DNA of 64,000 bases. Source: Haliotis rufescens (lineage: Eukaryota). Positions 27,501 to 40,437 of the stretch are shown piece after piece (the stretch's first letter is position 1; every line of letters starts with the position of its first letter). The translations under genes and the position numbers were made by a program. The notes under the pieces are model-generated. The model was not told where the DNA came from. It worked only from the letters and a program-made list of their open reading frames with translations, and did no database searches. The stretch is taken from assembly GCF_023055435.1 (NCBI RefSeq), contig NW_025963890.1, forward strand, positions 57,598,001 to 57,662,000, given 5' to 3'.

Positions 27501-28732
27501 TATGAACCGTAATGTACACCTCAGTGACATCCACAGGCATGTTAACCGCATGTAGCAGTAGGCGCTGTTCCAGAAATGTACGTCAGTGTAATGATACTGA
27601 TGACTTTACCATGTGTCAAACAGGTAGACAGACACACAGGAGAAACACAATTCCTTTCTGCCAACTGTTGATCAGTGTTTGGCAATCTCCTGCACAGGCT
27701 TGTTGGCAAAGCGTTTGATAACAATACATTTTTCAGAACAGAATGTTTTATTAAGTAAAACCTTGAAAAAGATGCTGATGAATAACAAGAGCAGTAGTTT
27801 GAAAAGAGCTTAATTATACACCTCACAAGAGAAATATTTATCATTGTTTGTTTTTTTCAATAATAAACAAATTAACTTCAGACTGGTGTCAAATCTTTCA
27901 TGTTCTAATTTTATATAACTATTAACAAAAATCCAGGCATATTATTTGCCATGCATAAGCTCCCCAATATAAATGAAGAGGTAAAAGATACCATGAAGTG
28001 ATGGGAACCACAACATGTTTTTACATCTACAAAGTTCCTTTAAACATTCCTAAACCATAGCTTGATCATCAAAACCTGAACCAGTGCAGCCATGTTTGCA
28101 AATATCAAGGGGCATAACTCAGCAGATATGCATACAAACTTCCCTGTCATGTTGCATACGATCACAGCTGAAGAAGAGACACATTAAACCATGAATCACT
28201 GTAAAAACAGCAGACATCTCCTACTGTGCTATCTGTCTCCATCAAACCAAATTAGATGAAGAACAAAATTTGTAAAGAAAACACAAACACGTTCTACCAG
28301 TTGAGAATTCATTAACCTGGATAAACAAGTTGTGTTGTGTTTGAGAGGCACGATAACATCTATGAAGTCTTTGGTTAAGGTTTAACCAACTCCATGTAGA
28401 CGACACTCATATATAAAAGATGGATATCACACAACCTTTTTGCTTGACAATATAAGACTAAGCAAATACAGGGGATTGATAAGAGATAATACCCCGACAC
28501 CAAAACCATGTTGTCACAGGGTAATATATATCTTATATAACCTTTAGAGCTAATATATGCCATGAAGGATATACACACTTGGTGATATACAACCCCTCCT
28601 CTGTGCTGTAAGCCATGTACATACATGCAGTACTATGCAGTAAATGATGACACCAATGTGCTACAAGTTGTTTATGGAACAGGTGTAAATGAATTGTCCA
28701 TGTTAGACATGATGTACTTGGCTGCAGTATCA

Positions 28733-28860
28733 GAGTGAGTGAGTGAGTGAGTGAGTGAGTGAGTGAGTGAGTGAGTGAGTTAGTGAGTGAGTGAGCGAGC
28801 GAGTTTGGTTTCACACCATTAAATTCCAGTTATATCACTGCGTGTCAGATTAATGTGGGA
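28733..28860 (-). mobile_element. Family B 3' fragment with long (GAGT)n tail
   Basis: About 17 GAGT units then ttggtttcac...attccagttatatc...gtgtcagattaatgtggga. Confidence 0.75.
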
Positions 28861-28887
28861 TCACGATTCTTGATATTCTTGTAATTA

Positions 28888-29088
28888 GTACAATGTTACA
28901 TCAATATCCTTACAATGGTACACCAGTATCTGTACAATGGTACATTCATATCGGTACAATGGTACATCAGTATTGGTAACATTCATCGATATCGGTACAA
29001 TGGTACATCCATATTAGTACAATGGTACATCCATATTGGTACAATGGTACATCAATATTAGTACAATGGTACATCAATATCGGTACAT
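28888..29088. repeat. Minisatellite, ~22-bp unit
   Basis: gtacaatggtacatc(a/c)atat(t/c)(a/g) repeated about 9 times. Confidence 0.85.
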
Positions 29089-30408
29089 TGCAAAAAGCAG
29101 CATTAATCTCACTCACTTACTGATTTTTCTTCTTCTTATAAATAATTTAAGTAAAAAAGAAGCTGGCATTCAGATATATGTTCATCGATCATAAGACCCT
29201 TTCAGCATAATGGATAACTGAGAATGCCAATGAACATCGTGATATGATGAGTAATCAGTATCTGTTGCATAACAGTTTATTGCATGTCATACACTGAAAC
29301 ATACAAGTGACATCATTACATTATGAAATGTGCAACAGTGAAGCAATATCATTGTTTATACACACCATGGTGCATACAGTAAGGAACATCCAACATTTAA
29401 TGCCAATTTCAGCACCAGGTGAAATCAGCAACACAACTCCAAGACAACCCTCCATGCTTTATACACCATATGCTGTAATATACACCATCCGGTTGATATC
29501 ATTACGCGATGGTTCCAGGTAGGATCAACCACATGAGTCACGCTCAACACCAGCATAATGGATTGATATATATATTAGAAATAGGTTTAGACAAATTTGC
29601 CTTGTCAGAGTTTGGTTGCTACCCATCTGCACACACTCCTAATACCCAACCCAAAATTAATCCACTAATGTGTCTGTTCCAGCACGATGCCTGAATTGAT
29701 TATTGCCTCAGAAAACAGCCCTAATATCTGCTTTCCTCTTATAAGATCTCTCAAGTTTTTATCTTTTCAATCAAACTTCTTGAGACTTTCTTAATCAAGA
29801 ATAGATGTTGAAACATACACACATAAATAATTGAAAAGTAAACATGTATGAAATTCAGTTTCTATCGTGATTCAATGATGAGTCACGCACTCCAGTATTT
29901 GCTGAAATAATATCAATTTGTGAGAAATCGACAACGGAGCATTACTTGAGATACTAACGATTTATTGATCTGATGTAGGGTTAAACATTCCTCAGTGACA
30001 AAACCCAAGATAGTACACGCTAGTATCCTGATTATGTAATGACTCATTTACTCCCCAACACATGTCCATACTTGGCTATAAACCTACTTTCAGCTTCCTC
30101 AGCAAATAACCAAACAGGTTCTTGTCAAACAAATTGCCCATCCCAAATTTTAGGTCTTTTAACTTGAGAGAACCATGTAATGTAAAGCCCCCCAAATGTC
30201 AATCTAAGTGAGTGAGTGCATGTTGTTTTGCTGTCTGTCAAGAAAAACTCCATCTAGTCTGGGTCAGACAAACCAGTAGCTGATGGCTGAAAAACTGTCC
30301 ACTACATCGAGATACAACCACATATAATGAGCCAGTGCTGGTGCTGCCTATTCTGTCCTGTTACCCCCCCCCCCCCAAACTTGGGATGTCCCTTTATATC
30401 ACTAAAGA

Positions 30409-30574
30409 GTGAGTGAGTGAGTATGGTTTTACGCGGCTTTTAGCAATATCCCAGCAATATCACGACGGGGAACACCAGAAATGGGCTTCACACATTGTAC
30501 CCATGTCGGGAATCGAACCCGGGTCTTCGGCGTGATGAGCGAACGCTTTAACCACTAGGCTACCCGACCGCCCC
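30409..30574 (-). mobile_element. Family A: full-length tRNA-derived SINE (~165 bp) with (ACTC)n tail
   Basis: Head GGGGCGGTCGGGTAGCCTAGTGGTTAAAGCG (A box)...GGTTCGATTCC (B box); TSD tatcac(t/g)aaaga. Confidence 0.92.
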
Positions 30575-30685
30575 TATCACGAAAGAAGACCCTACTATGT
30601 ATTTCACAGCTCTCCATGTTACAACATCCCCTATAAGGACAAAATACTTCTAGGGGATGGTCTGTGAACTGTGTTTCCTGCTGTG

Positions 30686-30725
<40 letters not shown>

Positions 30726-30914
30726 GTATGTGACATCATCATCATCTACATGATCCAGGAAAAGAAAACAAATTGCAAGTCTTCATTCAGAAACTCTCCT
30801 CACATTCAAGCATCATCATCATCATGTATGTGACATCATCATCATCATATACATGATCCAGGAAAAGAAAACAAATTGCAAGTCTTCATTCAGAAACTCT
30901 CCTCACATTCAAGC
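30686..30914. repeat. (CAT)n microsatellite plus ~103-bp tandem duplication
   Basis: catcatgtatgtgacatc...ctcctcacattcaagc occurs twice in tandem. Confidence 0.85.
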
Positions 30915-31361
30915 TGTACAGGAAGCTGATAAAAATGTTTACTTTATGAGAACCTTATTATAACATCAAAATAAACAAATTTCGAGATAACCTTAAGGTA
31001 CTTCAAACAAAGTTTTAAAAATTCCTTTCAAGATGAATACATTTATGCCTCACAGTTTACAATAAGTAACAGCTATTAACAGACTTCCGTGGCTGAGCTA
31101 CCAATGGAGACGAGAGATGTTTTATGTGAGGTGTATTACAAGGTCTATGAGATACGCCCTTGTGTAATGTTTAATGTTGAGGAAATATTTACGATGGCGT
31201 AAAGGTTGGACCATTCGTCTGGTGTTGGACAACTACTGTGGGCTCTGTAGGTGAGTGAGTGAGTTGGGGTTTAATGTCACCTCTGAACAGGAGTTCAGTG
31301 TGTGACCAGTGTCCAAAGTGAAGCAAAGATGATTTCACTCCGGCATTCAAGGACCAAAGTG

Positions 31362-31784
31362 AATCTGTGATGAAATCACTGGGACAACGATGCCCCCTGA
31401 TGGCAAATCTGTGATGAACCAAAGGGACAACGCTGCCCCCTGGTGGCAAATCTGTGATGAACCAAAGGGACAACGCTGCCCCCTGGTGGCAAATCTGTGA
31501 TGAACCAAAGGGACAACAACGCCCCCTGGTGGCAAATCTGTGATGAACCAAAGGGACAACGATGCCCCCTGGTGGCGAATCTGTGATGAACCAAAGGGAC
31601 AACAATGCCCCCTGGTGGCGAATCTGTGATGAACCAAAGGGACAACGATGCCCCCTGCTGGCGAATCTGTGATGAACCAAAGGGACAACAACACCCCCTG
31701 CTGGCGAATCTGTGAAGAACACATTGGGGCTAATCTGTGATGAACCCACTTGGACAACGATGACCCCTGGTGGCAAATATGTGA
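31362..31784. repeat. 43-bp minisatellite, ~10 units, each with a CTCF-consensus-like motif
   Basis: Unit aatctgtgatgaaccaaagggacaacgatgccccctggtggca. Confidence 0.92.
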
Positions 31785-32547
31785 ATCCATGGTGTAGTCA
31801 TACGAAGGCAGCCATGCTTAATATTTGGAGAAAGTAGTTATTGAAAAGTGTCTTGTTTGTTTGTTTGTCAGCAATATTCATTTCCATTGAGTTATTCCAT
31901 AACATTACACTGACTCCAATAATAAACTGACAAAAACCATCTTGATCTCCAGCAATGAATCCTGAAATCCATTGTGGTTTGAATACACAATCAAAATCAA
32001 TGGGCTCAATGGTTTAGTGTTTGACCTTCAACTTTGTCAGTGTATACAAGAGCCAATGGCAACATGTCCTTGCATATTGACAGCACAACACATGTCAGCT
32101 CCCGCAATGAAGGCCTCAAGACAACTTGTTACCATTGCTTCCCAATAGGGAAGCTCCACACGGTGTAATACACATGGTAGTCAATGCAATGTGCTGGAAA
32201 CGCTGATCCATGTGATGTTACTTTGTATGTACTGACATGACATTTGGTCAATATTTGCTAGACTGATCAAATTTTTCTGTACAAGCACTCAGCCACAATG
32301 GAAATGAATCAATCGAAAAGTTATATGGGATCATGTTGGATCACACCAGACAGTTGTTACCCTGTTCCTGCTGAAAGGAAATGGAATTCTTATATCAATT
32401 CACTACCTTATCACAGCAAATCACAAACGGGTGTAAGTTATATGCTATAATTCTGTTCAAGCGAGTGAGTGAGTATGGTTCTACCCAATCTCCTGTTCAG
32501 CAACAGATCTATGATTGAGTGTGGATGTATATGCTTTGAAACAATAA

Positions 32548-32690
32548 GTGAGTGAGTGAGTGAGTGAGTGAGTGAGTGAGTGAGTGATAGGGGTTTTACC
32601 CTGCTTTTAGCAATATTCCAGCAACATCACGGCAGGGGACACACAAATGGGCTTCACACATTGTACCCATGTCGGGAATCGAACCCAGGT
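32548..32690 (-). mobile_element. Family A SINE, 5'-truncated
   Basis: (GAGT)n, cttttagcaatattccagcaa, atgggcttcacacattgtacccatgtcgggaatcgaaccc. Confidence 0.85.
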
Positions 32691-33059
32691 GATTTATACA
32701 AAGAACTCCCAATTTCAAAAGAAGCTAATGAAAACCCGATAATGAAGTTAAAGAACACCCAATTTCAAAATTAGTTAAAAGAACACCCAATTTTTTTATT
32801 TGACTATTGTTATTGTCATGTCATGGCAGATTAACTAGGGTCATATGAAACAATTAGGTGTTCTCCTCAAATATGTTTCAATCTTGTGAATTACACATCA
32901 TTTCTAAAAAAAATTAAAAAAATTAAATCCATGTTTTCAATATGAATATCATGCATCTAATATTCTCTGATTACAATGTAAATAAACTAACACTATGACC
33001 AAATGTGTTCATCTTTCAATGGCATCCATATACAACTGGCATTTCATACAGCTTTTCGT

Positions 33060-33355
33060 GGGCACGGGTGGCCCAGTCATCTAAGGCCCTGTGATTCACT
33101 GTGCAGCACTGTGTCCCTTGGGCACGCCAGATTGTGGGTTCGAATCTCGGTTCGCCCCAATTATGTTTCTTGTTTTGTCAGCACCATACCCATGCTCATG
33201 GGTTTCACCGAAGTGGTAAACGTCTGAGACCTGCATCACTTCAGGCTTTCCTCCCACATTAAGCTGTCACACCGCGATATAACTGGAATACTGTTCAAAG
33301 ACGAGTCAAACCCAACTCACTCACTCACTTACTCACTCACTCACTCACACACTCA
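33060..33355 (+). mobile_element. Family B SINE, full length
   Basis: gggcacgggtggcccagtcatctaaggc...gtgggttcgaatc...(actc)n; approximate TSD tcat(a/c)cagcttt. Confidence 0.88.
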
Positions 33356-33821
33356 TCCAGCTTTCCAGAAAGTCAGTCCCGGCTTGCAGCTACGGATCAC
33401 TAGCCTTTACACAACATACACATTTTTACCTGCATATCGTTTTTCTTCAGGAACGCACCATGGCTTTCTTTATCTCCACAACAAAGACACAACCCAAGAC
33501 TAAAATTGATATCATATCCCCATAACCTACAGGATGACACAACACATCAATGGGGGAGCTCCACATAGTTATGACCTAACTGTTTATATATACATTAGTG
33601 TGGTGAGAGTCCTCTATACATGTGGATTAATTTCATTCTTACCCAAACATTATGAGACAGGAGTGGTGAGATCACCATCTTCCCCACATTCATCATCAGT
33701 CAAAATGTGTCGAGTCACAGCTAGGGGTCTGATAGCGTAAGTGCAAAGATGTCATTCATTTTATCAGATTTTGTCCAATCCATGTGCAGCTGCTGGTGCT
33801 TTTGTATAACTGGAAGCATTG

Positions 33822-34058
33822 TCTATAAAGGGACTGTTGCGCCATATCAGTTTTGTGCTGTTCTTTAAAGGGACTGTTTCTCCATATCAGTTTTGTGCTT
33901 GTCTTTAAAGGGACTGTTTCTCAACATCAGTTTTGTGCTTGTCTTTAAAGGGACTGTTTCTCCATATCAGTTTTGTGCTTGTCTTCAAAGGGACTGTTTC
34001 TCAACATCAGTTTTGTGCTTGTCTTTAAAGGGACTGTTTCTCCATATCAGTTTTGTGC
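33822..34058. repeat. 40-bp minisatellite, ~6 units
   Basis: Unit tttaaagggactgtttctccatatcagttttgtgcttgtc. Confidence 0.9.
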
Positions 34059-34224
34059 TAGATTGCCAGTGGAACAACAGCATACGTGTATATGCAACTA
34101 TGTGTTCATGCTGTGTTGTAGATAGTGTCATGTGTATTGTGTGGTGTATGCACTTGTGTAATGATGGTTTAATGCTGAATGTTTATAGTGTCAATTATGC
34201 TGCATAGTTTAGTTTAGTTCAGCA

Positions 34225-34655
34225 TGCATGTCTTGTGCTTAACGCTGCATGTTGGTAGTGCTTAATGCTGCATGTGAGTCCTGCTTAATGCTGCATGTGA
34301 GTAGTGTTTAATGCTGCATGTCCAGTGCTTAATGCTGCATGTTGGTAGTGCTTAATGCTGCATGTGAGCACTGCTTAATGCTGCATGTGAGTAGTGTTTA
34401 ATGCTGCATGTCCAGTGCTTAATGCTGCATGTCCAGTGCTTAATGCTGCATGTGAGTAGTGTTTAATGCTGCATGTCTTGTGCTTAATGCTGCATGTGAG
34501 TAGTGCTTAACACTGCATGTGAGTAGTGCTTAATGCTGCATGTCTTGTGCTCAATACTGCATGTCTAGTGCCTACTGCTGCATGTGAGAAGTACTTAATG
34601 CTGCATGTGAGAAGTACTTAATGCTGCATGTGAGAAATGCTTAATGCTGCATGTT
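34225..34655. repeat. 21-23-bp minisatellite
   Basis: gtgcttaatgctgcatgt plus variable cca/gagta/ctt spacer, about 19 units. Confidence 0.9.
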
Positions 34656-35299
34656 GTACCATTTAACTCCGCTTAATATCACAGTGACGTAGATGTACAG
34701 GGAACAGAACTCAGAAAAACACATTAACCACTGTACTACTTCATGACCTTGGGTGTAACAAGCTCTGTTAGTTTAGTTTTATAAATCAAATTTCTTTCCA
34801 TATGTCAGGCCCATGTTTCAAAATAAAATATCAGGAGAATTACGAAGAGAATATAACTGACAACTTAAGAGTCCTCCACAGCAGATTTCCAAGTAATCAT
34901 CTTAACTCAAGGGTCAGGCTCCACCACTCTAAATCACAGTCTAACTTGAAACATTGAATTTTACACATCCCTCGGGCAAGACACTACAACATGAAACCGC
35001 AAGCCTCCTATCTGTCTTTATCATGTCTAGAGATGGAGCCAGTCATACTGAATATAAATCAATAAGACCAACTTCAGAAATCAAGACCAAAATATCTATT
35101 AAGAAACAAAACACACTCCATCCTGTCTAATCTAAATATGTGTGGGGACGTGGTTGTATGCCATTTGCAGCTGTACTACAGGCACAATGTGTCTGGGGAC
35201 ACTGACGGTGAGCACATTGTACCCAGATCACCCTCTTAGACTGAACTGTGAAACATACATCTAATGAAGAATTCATGAGGAAAGACATAGAGAAAACAT

Positions 35300-35590
35300 G
35301 AAGCCATGGTAAAGGCATTGTGAAGACATGGGGAATGCATGGGAAATGCATGGTGAACACATGGGTAAAGCATGGGGAATGCATGGTGAAGACACAGGTA
35401 AAGCATGGGAAATACATGGGGAATGCATGGTGAACACATGGGCATGGGTAAGGCATGGGGAATGCATGGTGAACACATGGGCATGGGTAAGGCATGGGGA
35501 ATGCATGGTGAACACATGGGCATGGGTAAGGCATGGGGAATGCATGGTGAACACATGGACATGGGTAAGGCATGGGGAATGCATGGGGAA
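35300..35590. repeat. 33-39-bp minisatellite rich in CATGG
   Basis: Unit catggggaatgcatggtgaacacatgggcatgggtaagg. Confidence 0.9.
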
Positions 35591-36049
35591 GAAATAAGAA
35601 TAAGGCCCCACAACTGTGAATATGGAAAACTAGGAATATGCTCATATACCTTGTGTAGTAATAGAATATAAAGGAGCTGTCACGCACAGTCGCCATGTTC
35701 TAAATCTTAAAATGTTTTTTTAGAAAGTTGACAGCTTTGTAGAATGTCCTTGAAAAGGAGTTGAAATTTATCAAACGGCATCAGCCAGTCCCGCATCTCC
35801 TCCCAGCTGCAAGGGAGTGGGGGGTGAAGGTGATGTACGCAATTAAACCATGCCGATTCAGGTAAACACGACATGAACGTGTCAGGAGTGCCGATGGCGG
35901 GAATGCTAGTCAACAGGTTTGGCCACTTTGGGACGTGAGGACATTGGTAATCGCCTGCTAAACAGGAGCCCAGTACACTGATGTATACTAGATGACTGAG
36001 GAAAAATATAGAGGGCTTGGGAGGATATAGTGATACAGTGTTCCTTCTA

Positions 36050-36660
36050 TACACTGCTCCATGAAAGGGAGGGTAGAGATAATGTTTATATTACACACTT
36101 TCTCATGATAGGGAGGGTAGAGATAATGTTTATATTACACACTGCTCCATGATAGGGAGGGTAGAGATAATGTTTATATTACACACTTTCTCATGATAGG
36201 GAGGGTAGAGATAATGCTTATATTACACACTGCTCCATGATAGGGAGGGTAGAGATAAAGTTTATATTACACACTTTCTGATGATAGGGAGGGTAGAGAT
36301 AATGTTTATATCACACACTGCTTCATCACACAATGGGTTGGTAGAGATAGTGTATAGATCACATAGTGCTTCATGATATGTTGGGTAGGATAGCGTTCAT
36401 ATTATATTCTGCTTTATCAAGGGTGGGTAGGTGACTGTTTGTACTACTGCATCATCAAGGGTGGATAGGATAGTGTTTATACTACTGCTTCATCAAGGGT
36501 GGATAGGATAGTGTTTATACTACTGCTTCATCAAGGGTGGATAGGATAGTGTTTATACTACTGCTTCATCAAGGGTGGATAGGATAGTGTTTATACTACT
36601 GCTTCATCAAGGGTGGCTAAGGATGGAGTTAATATCATATACTGCTTCATCACAGGGCTG
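36050..36660. repeat. Compound minisatellite: 44-bp units (36050-36330) grading into 38-bp units (36400-36620)
   Basis: acactgctccatgatagggagggtagagataatgtttatattac, then tactactgcttcatcaagggtggataggatagtgttta. Confidence 0.88.
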
Positions 36661-37899
36661 GCAAGGATGAATTATATTATAAGCTTCTGCTTAATCATAG
36701 GACAGGCTATAGGAAGATGATTTATATAGAATTGTAAAACCTGTTTGTTATTTCGATGTATACAACAGTGCATGAATAGAGGCATTCAAGCTGTGTCCTG
36801 GTGAATGGGCAGTGTTCATGAATTCAACACACCCTGTTGTGTGGATACATTGAGGCAGAATAGGGAACTTATTTACATGGCCTTGAACATCATACTGAAT
36901 ATTTCAAAAGTTATCCTACTCTCCTGGACCTCCCTATTCTGCCGACAAGGATCATCTATGAATAGAAGTCAAACTAATACTCTGAAGACCATGTTAAGAC
37001 CCTTGCTATAATAATGGTGACGGAAAGATTAAGTATTAGTTCCTTAGCAACAGCATCAATATTCTCATCTGTGGTCTTTAAAGGGGGCTGTGCCCGTTTT
37101 CTGTCCTATTCATTGTAGTTAATAATGGGAGGAACTAAGACTTTGTCTCATTGAAATATTTTCATTATCATAAACTGCATAATAAAATTTCATCTTGCAG
37201 ACAAACAGGGTGTTTTTGTTTGAGAAACTTGAATTGAATATGCTAGTGCTGCCAAGTAGCCTGAGCCTTTACCTTTCACTATTTGACAGGTGCTGCTTTA
37301 TCAACTGAATTTACATGGTTAATATTTTTATTTTTTTAAATTATTTTAATTTAACTGATGAGGATGAGTGGGAAATGCCAATTCACCTTGAGGGAATAAA
37401 TATATTTTATCAAGAGTAAACATGAAGATGCAATAAATTTCTATTTACATTTCTTAAGGTTCAATATTTGTATGCCAGAGTTTGTTAATATCTCTAAATT
37501 GTGATAAAGAAAAACCTCTTATCATGTCAAGGAAAAATATTCCCATAATGTACAAATATTATGTCTTCCTCTCGTGTTAATTTCATCAATACATTTCTGT
37601 GAGTTTTAATAAACCTCTTAACAAGCTCAGGGTAATGCACTTCCATAATGTTCAAATATTACATATTCCTACCCTATTAATTTGACAACACACCTTTGAA
37701 TTTTAATAAGGATCAAACTTTATGTTCAAATATTATCATGCAAATTTCATCCGACACACCTGTGCAATGTACAACATCAAGCTATCCATCACATCACAGG
37801 TGTGACATCAGCTGGGTGATACATTACAGTATCTGGGTGTTAATCGACATCTTAACCTACTTTTATGTTTATTTTGGCTCAGGACTATTCAGAGAGTGT

Positions 37900-38800
37900 G
37901 CCATAGTACACATACCCTTTCCCTATCGGGTGGGGAAAGACTACCGAAAAACAGCAGTTGACTGCCCTGAGGGTTAGCCTATAAGGGGGCTTGGTAGTAA
38001 AGAATGTTTTTGTACTGGCGGTTCTTAAGTGTATTTGCGGAGCTGAGATGGGTTAACATGCTATTTCTGATATTCTACACAATGTCAGTGATTCATTCAT
38101 TTCTTGCATGGGAATTCATGAAAGCAAATCAAACAATAAAGATATACTTCCAATTTACATCAAACATCCGATAAACTAGATTTCTGATCCGATACAATAA
38201 ATTGTTGGCCAAACCAAAAATAGGTCTTTTACCATCAAAACATGTCATGGTTCAAAGGAGAAAAGAAATAATGCATATATATGCTATAATCTGAAACCTC
38301 TGAAATAATAACAGTTTGCACATAAAAAACACAATTGTGATGGCTGTAATCTTTATAATATTGCTCTATTATCAACAAGCAGTGGGTGTCCCGGAAAAAC
38401 ATCCAGTTCCTGACATATGAAAGAAAGTACTATCCTGGTTCAGAGAGGCCCCAAGTGTCATTGTAAACAGTAAGCGTAAAAGCATGGCCAGGATTACTAT
38501 AGTGTGCTTCAAGTCTTGCAAATTGCTAGTTGGTAACGTGCAGGGACCTCCCCCATATTGTTGGTGTGCAATGGTGGAAATGATCCACACGGACCATAGG
38601 GCCATAGTGCTCGGAAGCTGAGCATAACAAGGCCTTGAATATATGAATAACATACTCCCAGACATTAGGGAGGCAAGGTCATAAAAACAGCTTAGTTGAC
38701 TTGATTCAGTCCTTCGGGACATCGGAAGGGAAGTCTTCAATGTCATGACATCTGGATTAAAGTGACCCAGTTTAGTCCCTAATCCAATGACAGGCCCTTT
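37900..38800 (-). mobile_element. Possible decayed LINE 3' region
   Basis: More GC-balanced segment with broken frames weakly recalling the post-RT domain of CR1/L2-group LINEs; no intact motif. Confidence 0.25.
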
Positions 38801-38833
38801 AAAATGTAGTAGGTTATAACATTAATGTGTGAT

Positions 38834-38990
38834 TGAGTGAGTGCATGAGTGAGTACGCTTTTATGCCACTTTTAGCAATATTCCAGCAATTATCACGACA
38901 GGGGACATTGGGGAATTGATACATGGAATCGAACCCAGACCTTCGTCGTGACAAGTGAATGCTTTATCCACTAGGCTACCCCATCGCTTC
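38834..38990 (-). mobile_element. Degenerate family A SINE
   Basis: gagtgagt..., cttttagcaatattccagcaat, ggaatcgaaccc...ccactaggctaccc. Confidence 0.8.
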
Positions 38991-40024
38991 TTTAATATTA
39001 ACGAATATAATATAGGCAAAAATATATTTATTTCATCATTTAATTAAATCTGAAAGTTGATAGGATGGATAATTCTGCAATCGTAAAGATGTCGAAATGT
39101 GTAGTTTTGAGAGTATTTGAAAGTTCATGTAATGGGCCGTAGGTGTGTTTTTGGTCTTAGAACATAGATGGCTTGAAAAGTTCCAGAGCTGTGAAAGATG
39201 ATCTGCTTTTCAACATCTTTCGACATACTAATTTAGAAACAGGTCATTCTCTTATTCCAACACATGGCAAAAGAAACTGACTTCCACTGCAACAAATCAT
39301 TCCCTCGAAACAAAAAGTGCAGAACAGCTTTCTGCATCATGTTATTGCCTTGCATCCATACAGTGCATGCATGTTAGTTGTTGAGACCCACAATTCCCCT
39401 TTCAAACAAAGTCATCTTTTCCTCCAAAAGTTCTTATATTCGAAAGCAGTCTGGGAAAAGAGGAAATCTTGATACCTTTCTAAGTACTACCTCCCTGTTT
39501 GAGACGGAGAGATTTGTTTGTTTGCCAGTGCCTTCCAGATATACACAAAGCTGTTTGTGTCGACAAGGCAGGTCAAAGACTGTTAAGGCTGCTGGGGTTA
39601 CTGACATCAAAGGCTGCAACTGCTCCCCTACAACTGACCAATACATCAAGTAGTGGGCAGCAACTAGCATGACTAGGTGGGGCACCTGTTGATGGTTTGG
39701 ACAGGCTCTCCTTCTACAGGTCCTTGAATGGTCAGTTGTTTGGTCAGATAGCCACTTGAACCTTGGATTACAAATGTGTAGGGACAGCTGGATGGGCTGA
39801 ACTGATTTGAAGATCTTCAGAAAAACTAGAATGACCATTGGCTTAACTCATATGCTTCACGGTCTGGTGTCCATTTCTACAAAGCTTTCAGCAATATCAC
39901 AGCAGGGGACGGCAGGAATTGGTTCACAGATTGTAGGGAATCACTCTCAGGTGTGACCAACCACAAAGCTACCCAACAACCATTAATAAATATGTATATG
40001 GGGGTCTACAACTACAATGTTAAA

Positions 40025-40437
40025 GGGGCGGTGGGGTAGCCTAGTGGTAAAAGCGTTTGCTCATCACACTAAAGACCTGGGTTTGATTCCCCACATGGGT
40101 ACAATGTGTAAAGCCCATTTCTGGTGAAGATCCAGGGAAGAATAGGTCTTCAGCAACCCATGCTTGCTGTAAAAGGCGACTATGCTTGTCATAAGAGGAG
40201 ACTAATGGAATCGGGTTGTCAGGTTCACTGACTTGGTTGGTGCATGTCATTGATCCCAATTGCGTGGATCGATGCCTATGATATCAATCATTGGATTGTC
40301 TGGTCCAGACTCGATTATTTACAGAGAGCAGTTAAACAAACAAAGAAACAAACAAACATTTCTGGAGCTCCTTGCCATGATATTGCTGGAATATTGCTAA
40401 AGGCAGCATAAAACCATACTCACTCACTTACTTACTC
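40025..40437 (+). mobile_element. Family A SINE interrupted by a family C element
   Basis: ggggcggtggggtagcctagtgg...aagcccatttctgg [insert] catttctggagctc...aaaccatactcactcac. Confidence 0.88.
40125..40356 (+). mobile_element. Family C element nested in family A
   Basis: tgaagatccagggaagaataggtcttcagc...aaacaaacaaa flanked by 9-bp TSD catttctgg. Confidence 0.88.

Noticed and set aside
30500-30574. tRNA-like sequence (also 1910-1976, 47595-47666 and others)
   Set aside because: A/B boxes are followed by SINE bodies, tails and TSDs, and there is no proper acceptor stem; these are SINE heads, not tRNA genes.
31189-31790. 195/147/89-aa repeat ORFs; regularly spaced repeats superficially like CRISPR
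   Set aside because: Contiguous 43-bp tandem units with no unique spacers, no cas genes, animal context.
34225-35590. Many TGCATG (RBFOX) motifs in two minisatellites
   Set aside because: They are on the plus strand; the host pre-mRNA reads CAUGCA.
35127-35696. Overlapping ORFs on both strands (HAFPMPYPCPC, GMHGEHMG)
   Set aside because: Translations of a 39-bp minisatellite.
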